Below are positions 9,462-18,503 of a stretch of DNA of 52,444 nucleotides, piece by piece (the stretch's first letter is position 1; the number at the start of each line of letters is the position of its first letter). The notes beneath the pieces are model-generated. The model was given only the letters and a program-made list of their open reading frames with translations, was not told where the DNA came from and searched no databases. Source of the stretch: Pseudomonadota bacterium (lineage in GTDB: Bacteria > Campylobacterota > Campylobacteria > Campylobacterales > Sulfurimonadaceae); contig JAZDQA010000003.1 in NCBI GenBank assembly GCA_043797085.1, forward strand, positions 1 through 52,444. The letters run 5' to 3'. The translations under genes and the position numbers were made by a program.

Positions 9462-11671
9462 GCCAAATATCCCAATTCAGCTAGATAGGTTTCGAGTTCA
9501 CTCATCGCACTGTCTCGCTCGGTACGGATTTCTCCCAAGCTCACCTGATACTTATCCCAGAGATTTTCGATAGTCGAAATAATCGACTGTTTACGCTCCG
9601 ACAAATACCCCTGCGCCAACTCACGACATGAGATAGCTAGCTCATCGATGACATACCTCTGTGACTCTGTGAGCATCGCGAAAAGCTCGATCTTCAACTC
9701 TTCGATTGTTGAACGTATCGGCTGTTTGAGCGTCTCTTCTTTGGCATTGGAGAGTTTTTTCATTTGATCGGCAATTTTGGCTCGAATCGCAAGCGTTTCG
9801 TCACTCATCGATTCTGCGAACAAAGGTGAGTTCAATACATAGCTATCACTTAGCAATGCTGCGTCCCATCCGCTCGTTTTGATCGATTTGACGATGTATT
9901 TGTGGCGTACCCACCAGTTAGCAAAGATTCCCCGTACTTTAAACCGATCGAGGACGCTTGAGGCTTCAAATGCCTCTTCGATCGAGCTGTAACCAGCTTT
10001 GTATAGAGTAGAGACATCGATAGTATTATTTTCCACGTGGGCGATAAAACGATCAAACCACGCTTGAGTGATATTCATCACCGTCTCATCGGTTGAGTGG
10101 AACGCTTCGCTCTCTTCGAGTGTTGTACGGATCGCCTCACGGCTCTCAGGAATAAAACTATAGGTTCTCTCATCTCTATCCGAAAAAATCAGTTCTGGAG
10201 TGATCCCATACGTCTCCATTAACGTCGTATTCCACTCTAGTTTAGGAATCCCTCCGAGCAAATGCGCTTTCACATCATGCGGTTGGGATGGTGGAGTGTT
10301 ATCCACATAACGACGGATGTTGAGATTGTACTCTTCAGTATCGATATCACTGAGAGGAACGAGACGGGAGTATGCAGGAATCTCAAGGCGTGCGTGATAG
10401 GTGAAATTGATCTTCTCGATGTCTTCGGCACGGAGGATGTTCTGGTTCGAGGATTCGCGATACTCAGCATCGGCGTTGATAAAGAGTACTTCGTCATGTT
10501 GAGCCGATTTATCGATGATTAGCAAACACGCAGGGATACCAGTACCGTAAAATAGACCCGATGGCAAACCGATAACTGCTTGGAGGATTTTCTTCTCCCC
10601 GACGAGGTAACGGCGAAACTGCTCCTCTTCACCCCCACGGAAAAGGACACCGTGAGGCATAACCACCCCCATCTTTCCGGTAGGTTTGAGAGAGGCTATC
10701 ATGTGCTGTACAAACATGAAATCGGCTTTCTTTCCCCCCTCCGGCATGAAGTGGCTAAAACGCTCTTTGTATTGCATCTCTGATTTTTTGTAGTTTTGAC
10801 TAAACGGAGGATTGGCGATAACACGGTCAAACTGCATCAACCGACCCTCACGTGCATGAAGCGGAGTCTCTAATGTATCTTCGTTTTGGATATCAGCATG
10901 GGCAACACCGTGCAAGATCATGTTCATCTTACACATCGCCCATGTCGTAGCAACCGCATCTTGACCGTAGAGGGCAAAATCATCGGAGTTGTAGATCTCA
11001 CGGATATGCTCTTTCGCCTGAATCAGCATCCCGCCGCTTCCTACGGTAGGGTCATAGATACTCATTCCCGGTTGTGGATCGAGGAGTTTAACGAGGAGCG
11101 TTACGACACTACTAGGAGTATAAAATTCTCCCGCTTTTTTACCGGCAGAGTCAGCGAAGTATTTGATCAGATATTCATACGCTGCACCAAGTAAATCAGG
11201 GAACTCAAAATCCTCATCACGCAAACGGATTTTATCGAAGTGCTGGATCAGTTCAATGAGCTTGCTATCGCTGATTTTGGAGTTACCGATCTTTTTATTA
11301 AAATCGATATGCCCCAATACCCCCTCAAGACTTTTGATATTTGCCTCTTCGATTGCCATCATCGCGGTATTGAGAATCTCACCTACGTTTTTCTTCGCAT
11401 GACGAATCGTATTCCAGTGACCATGGAGAGGAACCGTAAACGCAAACGCATGGGTGGAGAGAAGCAGATCAATCGTTTCACTATCATGCCCATCAGATTC
11501 ATACCCATGACGTATAATTTCTCGCTGCGCATCGTATTGATCCGAAAGACGTTTGAGAAACAGCATCCCAAAAATATACTCTTTAAACTCACTCGCTTCC
11601 ATCTTACCGCGAAGGATATCTGCGGCACTAAAAAGATGTTGTTCGAGTTGGGAAAGGGTGAGTTTGCTCAT
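9458..11671 (-). CDS. hsdM: Type I RM N6-adenine methyltransferase subunit
   Basis: AADILRG N-terminal domain, [17 protein letters not shown] motif, NPPF catalytic motif, PHGVLFRG. Confidence 0.97.
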   Translation of the reverse strand: MSKLTLSQLEQHLFSAADILRGKMEASEFKEYIFGMLFLKRLSDQYDAQREIIRHGYESDGHDSETIDLLLSTHAFAFTVPLHGHWNTIRHAKKNVGEILNTAMMAIEEANIKSLEGVLGHIDFNKKIGNSKISDSKLIELIQHFDKIRLRDEDFEFPDLLGAAYEYLIKYFADSAGKKAGEFYTPSSVVTLLVKLLDPQPGMSIYDPTVGSGGMLIQAKEHIREIYNSDDFALYGQDAVATTWAMCKMNMILHGVAHADIQNEDTLETPLHAREGRLMQFDRVIANPPFSQNYKKSEMQYKERFSHFMPEGGKKADFMFVQHMIASLKPTGKMGVVMPHGVLFRGGEEEQFRRYLVGEKKILQAVIGLPSGLFYGTGIPACLLIIDKSAQHDEVLFINADAEYRESSNQNILRAEDIEKINFTYHARLEIPAYSRLVPLSDIDTEEYNLNIRRYVDNTPPSQPHDVKAHLLGGIPKLEWNTTLMETYGITPELIFSDRDERTYSFIPESREAIRTTLEESEAFHSTDETVMNITQAWFDRFIAHVENNTIDVSTLYKAGYSSIEEAFEASSVLDRFKVRGIFANWWVRHKYIVKSIKTSGWDAALLSDSYVLNSPLFAESMSDETLAIRAKIADQMKKLSNAKEETLKQPIRSTIEELKIELFAMLTESQRYVIDELAISCRELAQGYLSERKQSIISTIENLWDKYQVSLGEIRTERDSAMSELETYLAELGYLA

Positions 11672-11753
11672 AGATAAAACCGTTCAATTAATGTAATGGT
11701 TTATTATAGAGCGTTAGGGCTGAAAGGGAGTTTTTGGAAGTGAATTTTGTTTT

Positions 11754-11866
11754 TTGCTCGGTTTCTATTTTGCAGAAAAAGATGGCTTGCTATCCCCAAG
11801 AGAGGGGACTTGGAGAGTTTGACGAAATACCTTGAGAAAACGCCAAAAGAAATGCTTTTCGAATGG
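11754..11866. repeat. 113-bp direct repeat, copy 2 (right boundary of the RM cassette)
   Basis: Aligns ungapped to 1513-1625; core cttgctatcccc-aagaga-ggggacttggag. Confidence 0.95.
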
Positions 11867-11877
11867 ACTTTAAAATA

Positions 11878-12426
11878 TCAGATTCTCTCAGTTTCAACAA
11901 TCTCGAGCAAGAATTGCTCAATAACTTCCGGGAGTTTTGGAAGTGATACCTGTTGATCAGATTTCATTGATTCACTATAACGCTGCAATAGTCCATTTGG
12001 TCCTTTTGTGGTAAAAAGAATTTGCCCCGAACAAAACAAACGAGAAAGATCATATTTATTCATGAGCTGATCCCAAGCTTGAGTCAGGGCATGAGCCTCA
12101 ACAACATCAATATAAACTTTCTCATTTTCAATAAACTTACAAAAAAGTGATTTATATATAACTTTTTCAACTGTATGCTCTTCGATACTAAAATAGTCAT
12201 TAGGCGCAATTTTTCTCAAAAACTCATTGCCAAATTTTCTTAATACAGATCGAAAATAATTGGAAACTTGTGCCGAGGGTGTTGCATAAATACCATTATA
12301 TGACAAATGCATTCCTAGCAATAAAGGTTTCTTCCCTCCTTCAAAATAAGTTAGAAACAGCTTGAACTTTTCATTGCTGCCAAGCTTTTCAACAGAAGTA
12401 ATAACATGTTCATAGCGATTAATCAT
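11878..12426 (-). CDS. Hypothetical island protein (182 aa)
   Basis: ORF coupled by ATGA overlap to the upstream gene; no recognised motif. Confidence 0.65.
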   Translation of the reverse strand: MINRYEHVITSVEKLGSNEKFKLFLTYFEGGKKPLLLGMHLSYNGIYATPSAQVSNYFRSVLRKFGNEFLRKIAPNDYFSIEEHTVEKVIYKSLFCKFIENEKVYIDVVEAHALTQAWDQLMNKYDLSRLFCSGQILFTTKGPNGLLQRYSESMKSDQQVSLPKLPEVIEQFLLEIVETERI

Positions 12427-12953
12427 AGTCCATTCTCCGATGTATTTGGTATTTCAAGTTCTTTCCACTTTTTCATAATCGTAGACGGTGCGACCGAAAA
12501 GCGGTGCTTCTTTTTGAGATAAAGTGACACACGTTCATAGCTATAGCCATGATCGAGGCGCAGGGTACGTACGATCGCCCAATATCCCATGAGCTTTTCG
12601 TGTTTTTGCGATCCTCTTGTTGTTTTTTGCTTGAATGTTATTGCACGCATGGAAGAAAGATCACGTATTTCATCTATGCTCAATGTTTCAAAACTTTTTT
12701 GAGTAAGTTTTTTTTCAATTGCGCGTGTATACGCAATTGCTAGTATTAAAGCACAATAAGAAATATCACCAAAGCAAGCTTGATCCTTATACGCCTCCCT
12801 TAAGCGATGAAAAACTTCCCTGTACTGTTCAAAAATAGCCAACCGAATGCTCAGCGGACAACGACCAAAATAATTAATGTGTTTAATTTGATCAGCCTGA
12901 TTAACTTTTGTCATCTTTTCAACTATGACAATTTTTTGAGACTCTTGCCCCAT
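12423..12953 (-). CDS. Hypothetical basic protein with C-terminal HTH-like segment
   Basis: Strong RBS aggaggg before ATG at 12953; C-terminus GYSYERVSLYLKKKHRFSVAPSTIMKKW resembles an HTH. Confidence 0.7.
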   Translation of the reverse strand: MGQESQKIVIVEKMTKVNQADQIKHINYFGRCPLSIRLAIFEQYREVFHRLREAYKDQACFGDISYCALILAIAYTRAIEKKLTQKSFETLSIDEIRDLSSMRAITFKQKTTRGSQKHEKLMGYWAIVRTLRLDHGYSYERVSLYLKKKHRFSVAPSTIMKKWKELEIPNTSENGL

Positions 12954-12986
12954 AAAATCCCTCCTAAATATACAATTTGACATTTC

Positions 12987-13294
12987 TGTCTACCTCTAAT
13001 ATGTTTTTTTAGGAAAAAATTTACAAATCCAATATTTTTTTTAAATTTTTGCTTATTCCTCTGTAACTAAATTAAAAAAAAGTTAAATCCAGTCACGCTT
13101 GATGTCTGACTAGAAAATTTTCTTTTTCAGCATTCGATTGATTTTAAATGGTCCTTGAAAAAATTCCACGATAAAACATATTATAGGTAGACAAGAATAT
13201 ATGAAGAAAAAAATGATCTTTGAATACCCAACTAAATATTAAAAAATTCGACTTGAAAAAAAATCTGAAAAAAAAACATATTATAGGTAGACAA
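12987..13294. repeat. Three copies of a ~21-bp motif aaaacatattataggtagaca (one inverted, two direct)
   Basis: Direct copies at 13173-13194 and 13273-13294 (exactly 100 bp apart); inverted copy with one mismatch at 12987-13007. Confidence 0.9.
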
Positions 13295-13443
13295 AACTAT
13301 AAGGGGGTGCAATAAACATAGATTTTTGATTTAGGTTCAAATAACATAAAACGCATAAAGAAGGTAACAATAAATGTTTAGGCATCTAAGTGTTCGCGCA
13401 CATAGATGGCTTTTTATTAATCTCGATCAGGAGGAAACTAAAC

Positions 13444-14640
13444 GTGTCTATTATAACAACAATCGAATTGGATCTATGTAAAAAAAAGGAAATTAAGGCT
13501 CGAATCGAAGAGTTGCAAGAGCATACTCGTAATGAATTTGCAACGATGGAACAGGTTGAAATACTCAATAAAGAAATTGAAGTACTAAAATCTCAAATAT
13601 ACTTTTCGGATCAAAAAAAGAACTTTGACGATAAATTGGAGTTAGCTTTTGATAAATTCGATCTCGATTTATCCCAATTTGATCGAGTGAAATTGAAATT
13701 CATCAAAAATGGGCTAATTGTAAAAAATGAAGTAACAATGCTTGCAGCCAAACCCTCAAGCGGAAAAAGTCTTGTAGCGATAGCCATGGCTAATATGGCC
13801 CTGAATGAAGATAAAGTCAATCGGGTAATTTATTTTGATTACGACAATGGTTTAGCTACGTTACGTGATCGAAATATTCATCATTTAATCAAGAAACATG
13901 GTCGTCGTCTACGCTATATTCATGAATCTCAGATGAATAAACAAGAGCTTGCATCATTATTGAAGCAATTGGAATCAACTGATCTGTATGATACATTTAT
14001 TATCTTCGATAGCATAAAACACTTTCACAAGGGGGATCGCGATAAGAATAAAGATTCTTCCATCACCATGGAAATGCTTAAACGATTAAGACGCCAAGGT
14101 GCGACGATCCTCTTTCTTCATCATACCAACAAGCCCCAACGTGACGTTTTAGAGCTACAGTATGCAGGTTCAAGTGCATGGGAGGAAGATTCATCAAATG
14201 CGTTTGTTTTGCAAAACAATCCTTATAAAAAGACTTTTATTTTTACACCTTTCAAGTCTCGGATCGGCGATCTTAAGCCGATTGCCTTTAAATACATTGC
14301 TAATTTACATAAGCTTGAAGAGGTAGAGCTAAACTTGGCACAAGATACGGAAGACAAGGAAGTAATCCGAAATGAAATTATTGCCTATTTGATAAGTTGT
14401 GAATCACCACCAAACGCTACTTCGATTAAAAAACATCTAGCCACTGAATGTGGTTATACAAATAACGATAAAGTCAATATTGTACTTCAAGCAGGCAAGG
14501 GACGGTTTTGGAAAGCTACAAAACTCAAAGAGAAACATAATATGGATATCTTTGAATTAATTCCTAAAATACATACAGATAACTCAGATATGTCAGATAT
14601 GCCTCAAAATACTAAAATAACAGGAGCAACAAATGCCTAA
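13444..14640 (+). CDS. AAA_25/RepA-helicase-like P-loop ATPase with N-terminal coiled coil
   Basis: Walker A AAKPSSGKS, Walker B IIFDS, LHHTNK and YAGSSA motifs; RBS aggagg before GTG at 13444. Confidence 0.8.
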   Translation: MSIITTIELDLCKKKEIKARIEELQEHTRNEFATMEQVEILNKEIEVLKSQIYFSDQKKNFDDKLELAFDKFDLDLSQFDRVKLKFIKNGLIVKNEVTMLAAKPSSGKSLVAIAMANMALNEDKVNRVIYFDYDNGLATLRDRNIHHLIKKHGRRLRYIHESQMNKQELASLLKQLESTDLYDTFIIFDSIKHFHKGDRDKNKDSSITMEMLKRLRRQGATILFLHHTNKPQRDVLELQYAGSSAWEEDSSNAFVLQNNPYKKTFIFTPFKSRIGDLKPIAFKYIANLHKLEEVELNLAQDTEDKEVIRNEIIAYLISCESPPNATSIKKHLATECGYTNNDKVNIVLQAGKGRFWKATKLKEKHNMDIFELIPKIHTDNSDMSDMPQNTKITGATNA

Positions 14641-14815
14641 ATTACTTACATTTCGCGAGATCGAACGTGTTTTTGGTTTGAAAAAAAACACCTTAACAAA
14701 AAAATATTATAAAGGGAAATTCATTCCATCAGTAAAAGTTGGAAATCGGAATTATTTTGAGGTATCGAAAATTGAAGAGTGGATAAAGACTAATTCGATA
14801 GACATGGCTTCATGA
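14633..14815 (+). CDS. AlpA/Xis-like HTH protein (putative recombination directionality factor)
   Basis: 60 aa, LLTFREIERVFGLKKNTL..GKFIPSVKVG..IEEWI pattern; RBS ggag; next to the integrase. Confidence 0.8.
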   Translation: MPKLLTFREIERVFGLKKNTLTKKYYKGKFIPSVKVGNRNYFEVSKIEEWIKTNSIDMAS

Positions 14816-14848
14816 TAGTTGAGTGGGGATAGAACCCCCTCAACTATC
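14814..14848. terminator. Hairpin between convergent xis and int (likely bidirectional terminator)
   Basis: gatagttgag/ctcaactatc perfect arms plus gggg/cccc inner stem, overlapping both stop codons. Confidence 0.7.
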
Positions 14849-16090
14849 AACCCATTTTGCATTTGCATCAATTCGCCCATGTATTTTATCTAAATAAAAT
14901 TGGTAAATTTCATCGGCTAATTTTGCATTTTGCGAAGCATAACGAGCAGTAATATTACTGCGTGTGTGACCCAATACTAAAGCCCTCAACTCTTCATTTA
15001 CCCCACTATCACGGAGTATTGTACCGATAATATGCCGCAAATCGTGGATATGTAATTTATCTTTTATCTTTGCGATTTTTAAGACTTTATCCCAATGATT
15101 GCGTACGGTTGAACCATCCATTACTGTATCATTTTGACTTGGATGGATTAGCACTTTTTTATTTTCCAAGGTTTCAAGCATTTCAGGTCGCAAGACAAAT
15201 GTAATGCGTGTGCCTGCCTTATTTTTATCCGGAATTACATGAAAAATCCCACGATTTAAATCGATATAATCCATAGTTAATGTCAAGACTTCACTCAATC
15301 TTCTACCGCTACCTAGCCAGACAAATATATCCCTGTATTTAGGTACTTCATAGTTCATCATCGCATCATAAAGTGATTTAGCCATTGGTATTGAAACAAG
15401 AACCTCTCGTTTATTATCAAGATCTCCTATATCAATGTCGGCAGGATTAAGTTCATTGATCTTATTTTGTTTATGAAAACGTTTGATTAGGGGAGAAAGA
15501 GCTTCAGTCACTTTTTTTGATGTTCTTTTACTTCTTGTCAGTTGAATTTGCTTTATTAAATCTTCAATATGCTTTTCTCGAATATCCACTAAACGCTTAC
15601 GACTCAATGGAGTATCTTTAATCCACCTATTGTAAAATGATTTCATATCTTTAGCAGTAGATGGTTTCCAAGATTGTTTGGCATTGACTGTCGTTTCCTT
15701 GAAGGGAACATAATCCTTATCCCAATACTCTTCAAGCGTGATATTTAATTTTGCTTCTTCGTCCTCTTTTGCTCTTGTATCTTCATATGATTCAAATATT
15801 TTTGGAGTAATTATCTCTTCACGGAAATCATCACGCTGATTATTAACTTTATCAATAGCTCTTTTTAGGGTAATACCAGCTTCCTCAAAAGTAAATGTAC
15901 GTTTAGAAGTAATTTTCTTTTCATTTTTTAGAACTGTAGTGCGCAAAATGAGTTTAAATGGTGGTTTGACTTTTCTAACATGCATATCTGTATCAATTAC
16001 ATCAATATCAAATATATTGGCATTATCTTCGAGATAGATTCCCTTGCACTTATACCCTTTGATATCTATTTTAATTAAGCGTTGAGCCAT
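14840..16090 (-). CDS. int: Tyrosine integrase of the island
   Basis: GRRLSE, NKAG, HIHDLRH, LGHT..ITARY catalytic motifs; RBS aaggaa supports start at 16090 (MAQRLI). Confidence 0.92.
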   Translation of the reverse strand: MAQRLIKIDIKGYKCKGIYLEDNANIFDIDVIDTDMHVRKVKPPFKLILRTTVLKNEKKITSKRTFTFEEAGITLKRAIDKVNNQRDDFREEIITPKIFESYEDTRAKEDEEAKLNITLEEYWDKDYVPFKETTVNAKQSWKPSTAKDMKSFYNRWIKDTPLSRKRLVDIREKHIEDLIKQIQLTRSKRTSKKVTEALSPLIKRFHKQNKINELNPADIDIGDLDNKREVLVSIPMAKSLYDAMMNYEVPKYRDIFVWLGSGRRLSEVLTLTMDYIDLNRGIFHVIPDKNKAGTRITFVLRPEMLETLENKKVLIHPSQNDTVMDGSTVRNHWDKVLKIAKIKDKLHIHDLRHIIGTILRDSGVNEELRALVLGHTRSNITARYASQNAKLADEIYQFYLDKIHGRIDANAKWVDS

Positions 16091-16123
16091 TATATTCCTT
16101 TCGGCATATTTGCTATACTCCAA

Positions 16124-16148
16124 GGGTACAACTTTGGGGTACAACTTT
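16124..16148. repeat. Tandem 12-bp direct repeat gggtacaacttt x2 (putative integrase arm-type sites)
   Basis: Perfect copies at 16124-16135 and 16137-16148, about 100 bp inside the att core. Confidence 0.65.
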
Positions 16149-16248
16149 ATAGGCATAAACATATCCAAATATACCTAAATAAGCAACTAAAACATTTATA
16201 ATATAGCCTAAAACAAGCAAATAGGCATCATTAAGCATAGATATCATA

Positions 16249-16298
<50 letters not shown>

Positions 16299-16372
16299 AA
16301 CCTTCTTTTTACTTCAATCTTTCATCCATTTAAGCGCCAAGAATAATCACTAAATGAAATTTCACCACAATA

Positions 16373-16906
16373 TCATGAAAAGCTACGTCCCGCAGGTAAA
16401 GTTCCTCTAGCATAAGAAGAATCATTGTTTATTTTAAGTCTCCACCAAAATCGCCCCATCATCCCTTTTGCATAATATATCTGTAGCTCATCATGCTCTC
16501 TAGCTATCCAGCCCCCGATTCTAACCATCATATTCTTGAAATCTTTTTCTCGATCTTTGTCATCTCTGAAAAGTGCATTATCCATTTTTATAGCTCGTTC
16601 ATTTTCAGCTAAGTCCATAAACTCTGATTCTTTATCAAGAACCTCGTCAAACAGTTCTTTTAATATATCAGATGCATAGATGCTGTTTTTTATGTATATC
16701 TTCTTGAGTGCTAGAAAGTTATTATATGGCTCGTTTGACCCATATCTCATATTTTTCAGATAATATACATACAATGGGCTATATAGCTTCTCTATACGCT
16801 CTTTTAACTCAGCTTTATTACTATTGCGTACAAAGATATACAGATTAGTCCCAGTAACAAGTATTGCGCCGATGATAGCACCTATTCCTATAGCATTCAA
16901 ATCCAT
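16373..16906 (-). CDS. Hypothetical protein with N-terminal TM helix
   Basis: Hydrophobic N-terminus; TAATG coupling to the hsdS remnant. Confidence 0.75.
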   Translation of the reverse strand: MDLNAIGIGAIIGAILVTGTNLYIFVRNSNKAELKERIEKLYSPLYVYYLKNMRYGSNEPYNNFLALKKIYIKNSIYASDILKELFDEVLDKESEFMDLAENERAIKMDNALFRDDKDREKDFKNMMVRIGGWIAREHDELQIYYAKGMMGRFWWRLKINNDSSYARGTLPAGRSFS

Positions 16907-17057
16907 TACAACTCCACCCTAAACGCTTTATTCAAAATAGATCCTTTCAACGCTTTGAGACTTTCCATCTTGTCATGCTGAACTCGTTTCAGCATCTCTG
17001 TTTTTCGGATACAGAGTCCAAATAGTCTACGACTTATTGTTGGATTGGAAGTGGCGC
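16906..17057 (-). pseudogene. hsdS: C-terminal remnant of an hsdS gene
   Basis: Manual translation PLPIQQ*VVDYLDSVSEK, frameshift, TEMLKRVQHDKMESLKALKGSILNKAFRVEL*, the conserved HsdS C-terminal helix. Confidence 0.8.
16971..16998. repeat. REP-like palindrome tgtcatgctgaactcgtttcagcatctc
   Basis: atgctgaa/ttcagcat stem with GTCA tag. Confidence 0.55.
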
Positions 17058-17189
17058 TTTTGAGTCTTCGAGATCATTGAGAAATTTTAAAAATAGTATC
17101 CAACTGATTTGTTCTGTATAGTACATAGCACCGCTAATACCGTCATCACGACGAAGTATGTCTGTTATTCTATTGATTTTTGATTCCAA
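17058..17189 (-). pseudogene. hsdM: N-terminal remnant of an hsdM gene, fused in frame to the hsdS tail
   Basis: TTG start with RBS aagga; LESKINRITDILRRDDGISGAMYYTEQISWILFLKFL is an HsdM N-terminal signature. Confidence 0.85.
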
Positions 17190-17190
17190 A

Positions 17191-18006
17191 TTAATCCTTT
17201 TTAAATATATTCAATTCATACAAATCATTAAATTTATTAGTTATTCTAGAAACAGCATTAAATGCTATTGTGTCGTCATCATAATTGTCAGATAATTTTT
17301 TATATATATTTAATTGAGAAAGTTCATATATTTTTTTTGGAGACAATGCTGTCGAGTATAAACGATTTGCTTGATTAGCAATAATTAAGTAATGTAGTAA
17401 AATTAGATATGACATTTTTAATCCAAAATATATATCTTTTTTTAATAAGTACAAGTCATTTTCTAAATTTACAACATTTATATTACTAATTACGATATCT
17501 CTTAAATTATCATATAATAAAATATATTTTTCAATTAATGGTATTTTGCTTATAAAATGAGCTAATGAGTCTGATTTTTCACATTTACTATTAAAAATAT
17601 AAATATCATTTTTACAATCTAATACTTCTGCAATTGATTTTTCCATTTCTGTTAATATCATAATATATCTATCAAAATCATTTTTAGTTGATTGAATCTC
17701 TAACTCTTTTAATTGATTTGAATAAAGTATATTTTGTTCTTTAAATTGTTCCGTCTGATTTTCAAATTCCTTTCTCTGCAAACCAAATTCTTTGCTTTGT
17801 ATGAAAATTCCATATGCTAACCATAAAAAAGCTAGTATGCTAAAATGACCAGATGTATAGTCCCCTAACACACCTTTTTCTTCTAATGTAATATTGCCAT
17901 CCATATAAAAATTAGCATTGGGATATTCACTAATACTAAATCCAAATAGAAAAAAGAAGTAATGCACCAATACTATAAGTGTAATTCCAATAAATAAATT
18001 TCTCAT
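17191..18006 (-). CDS. Hypothetical very AT-rich membrane protein (2 TM + coiled coil + soluble domain)
   Basis: GVLGDYTSGHFSILAFLWLAYGIFIQSKEF..QRKEF pattern; ATGA coupling to the hsdR remnant. Confidence 0.75.
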   Translation of the reverse strand: MRNLFIGITLIVLVHYFFFLFGFSISEYPNANFYMDGNITLEEKGVLGDYTSGHFSILAFLWLAYGIFIQSKEFGLQRKEFENQTEQFKEQNILYSNQLKELEIQSTKNDFDRYIMILTEMEKSIAEVLDCKNDIYIFNSKCEKSDSLAHFISKIPLIEKYILLYDNLRDIVISNINVVNLENDLYLLKKDIYFGLKMSYLILLHYLIIANQANRLYSTALSPKKIYELSQLNIYKKLSDNYDDDTIAFNAVSRITNKFNDLYELNIFKKD

Positions 18007-18278
18007 CGATAAATCTCTTTCTGCAATTCTAAATATTCATGTCCCATTTGAAGTATCCAACCAAAATTGGATGCAACTTCTCGGATCGTCCACAATCCGC
18101 TCAAATCCACCAACTTACCGAGCTTATCATCATCTAACTCTTTCACACCGTCTTTACGGTATCGATCCAGTATGAATATGAAATTTCTCTACGAAATCGA
18201 AGTTTTCAATGGCAACAACTCGCTCATAACGGCTTTTGACATCCATATTGAACGAGTATCTGATTCAGAGAGTACCAT
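18003..18278 (-). pseudogene. hsdR: Internally deleted hsdR remnant (type IB/EcoEI-like)
   Basis: Starts MVLSESDTR; after frame changes ends FILDRYRKDGVKELDDDKL..NFGWI..YLELQKEIYR*, resembling the EcoEI_R_C domain. Confidence 0.72.
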
Positions 18279-18503
18279 TATCGATTCCACTGCTTAAGTT
18301 ATAAGTAATCACTATTCTAGCCAAAATAATGTCAAAATCGTAAATATTTCAAAATAATGAATAACTATAGCTGTATAAAGCGTCAATTATAAGATGACAT
18401 TTCTATTTTAAAAAGCGCAATCCAATATTATTTGTCGTTTAAGTTATGAATAACTCTGCTTGTACTATTCTATAAGTATCCCATTAATAAGAGAGAGTGC
18501 GGT

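Noticed and set aside
12987..13294. CRISPR mini-array
   Set aside because: Only two direct copies, a 78-bp A/T-tract spacer, a third copy inverted, and no cas genes in the window.
18067..18297. 76-aa plus-strand ORF in the track
   Set aside because: It is the antisense shadow of the hsdR remnant on the minus strand.
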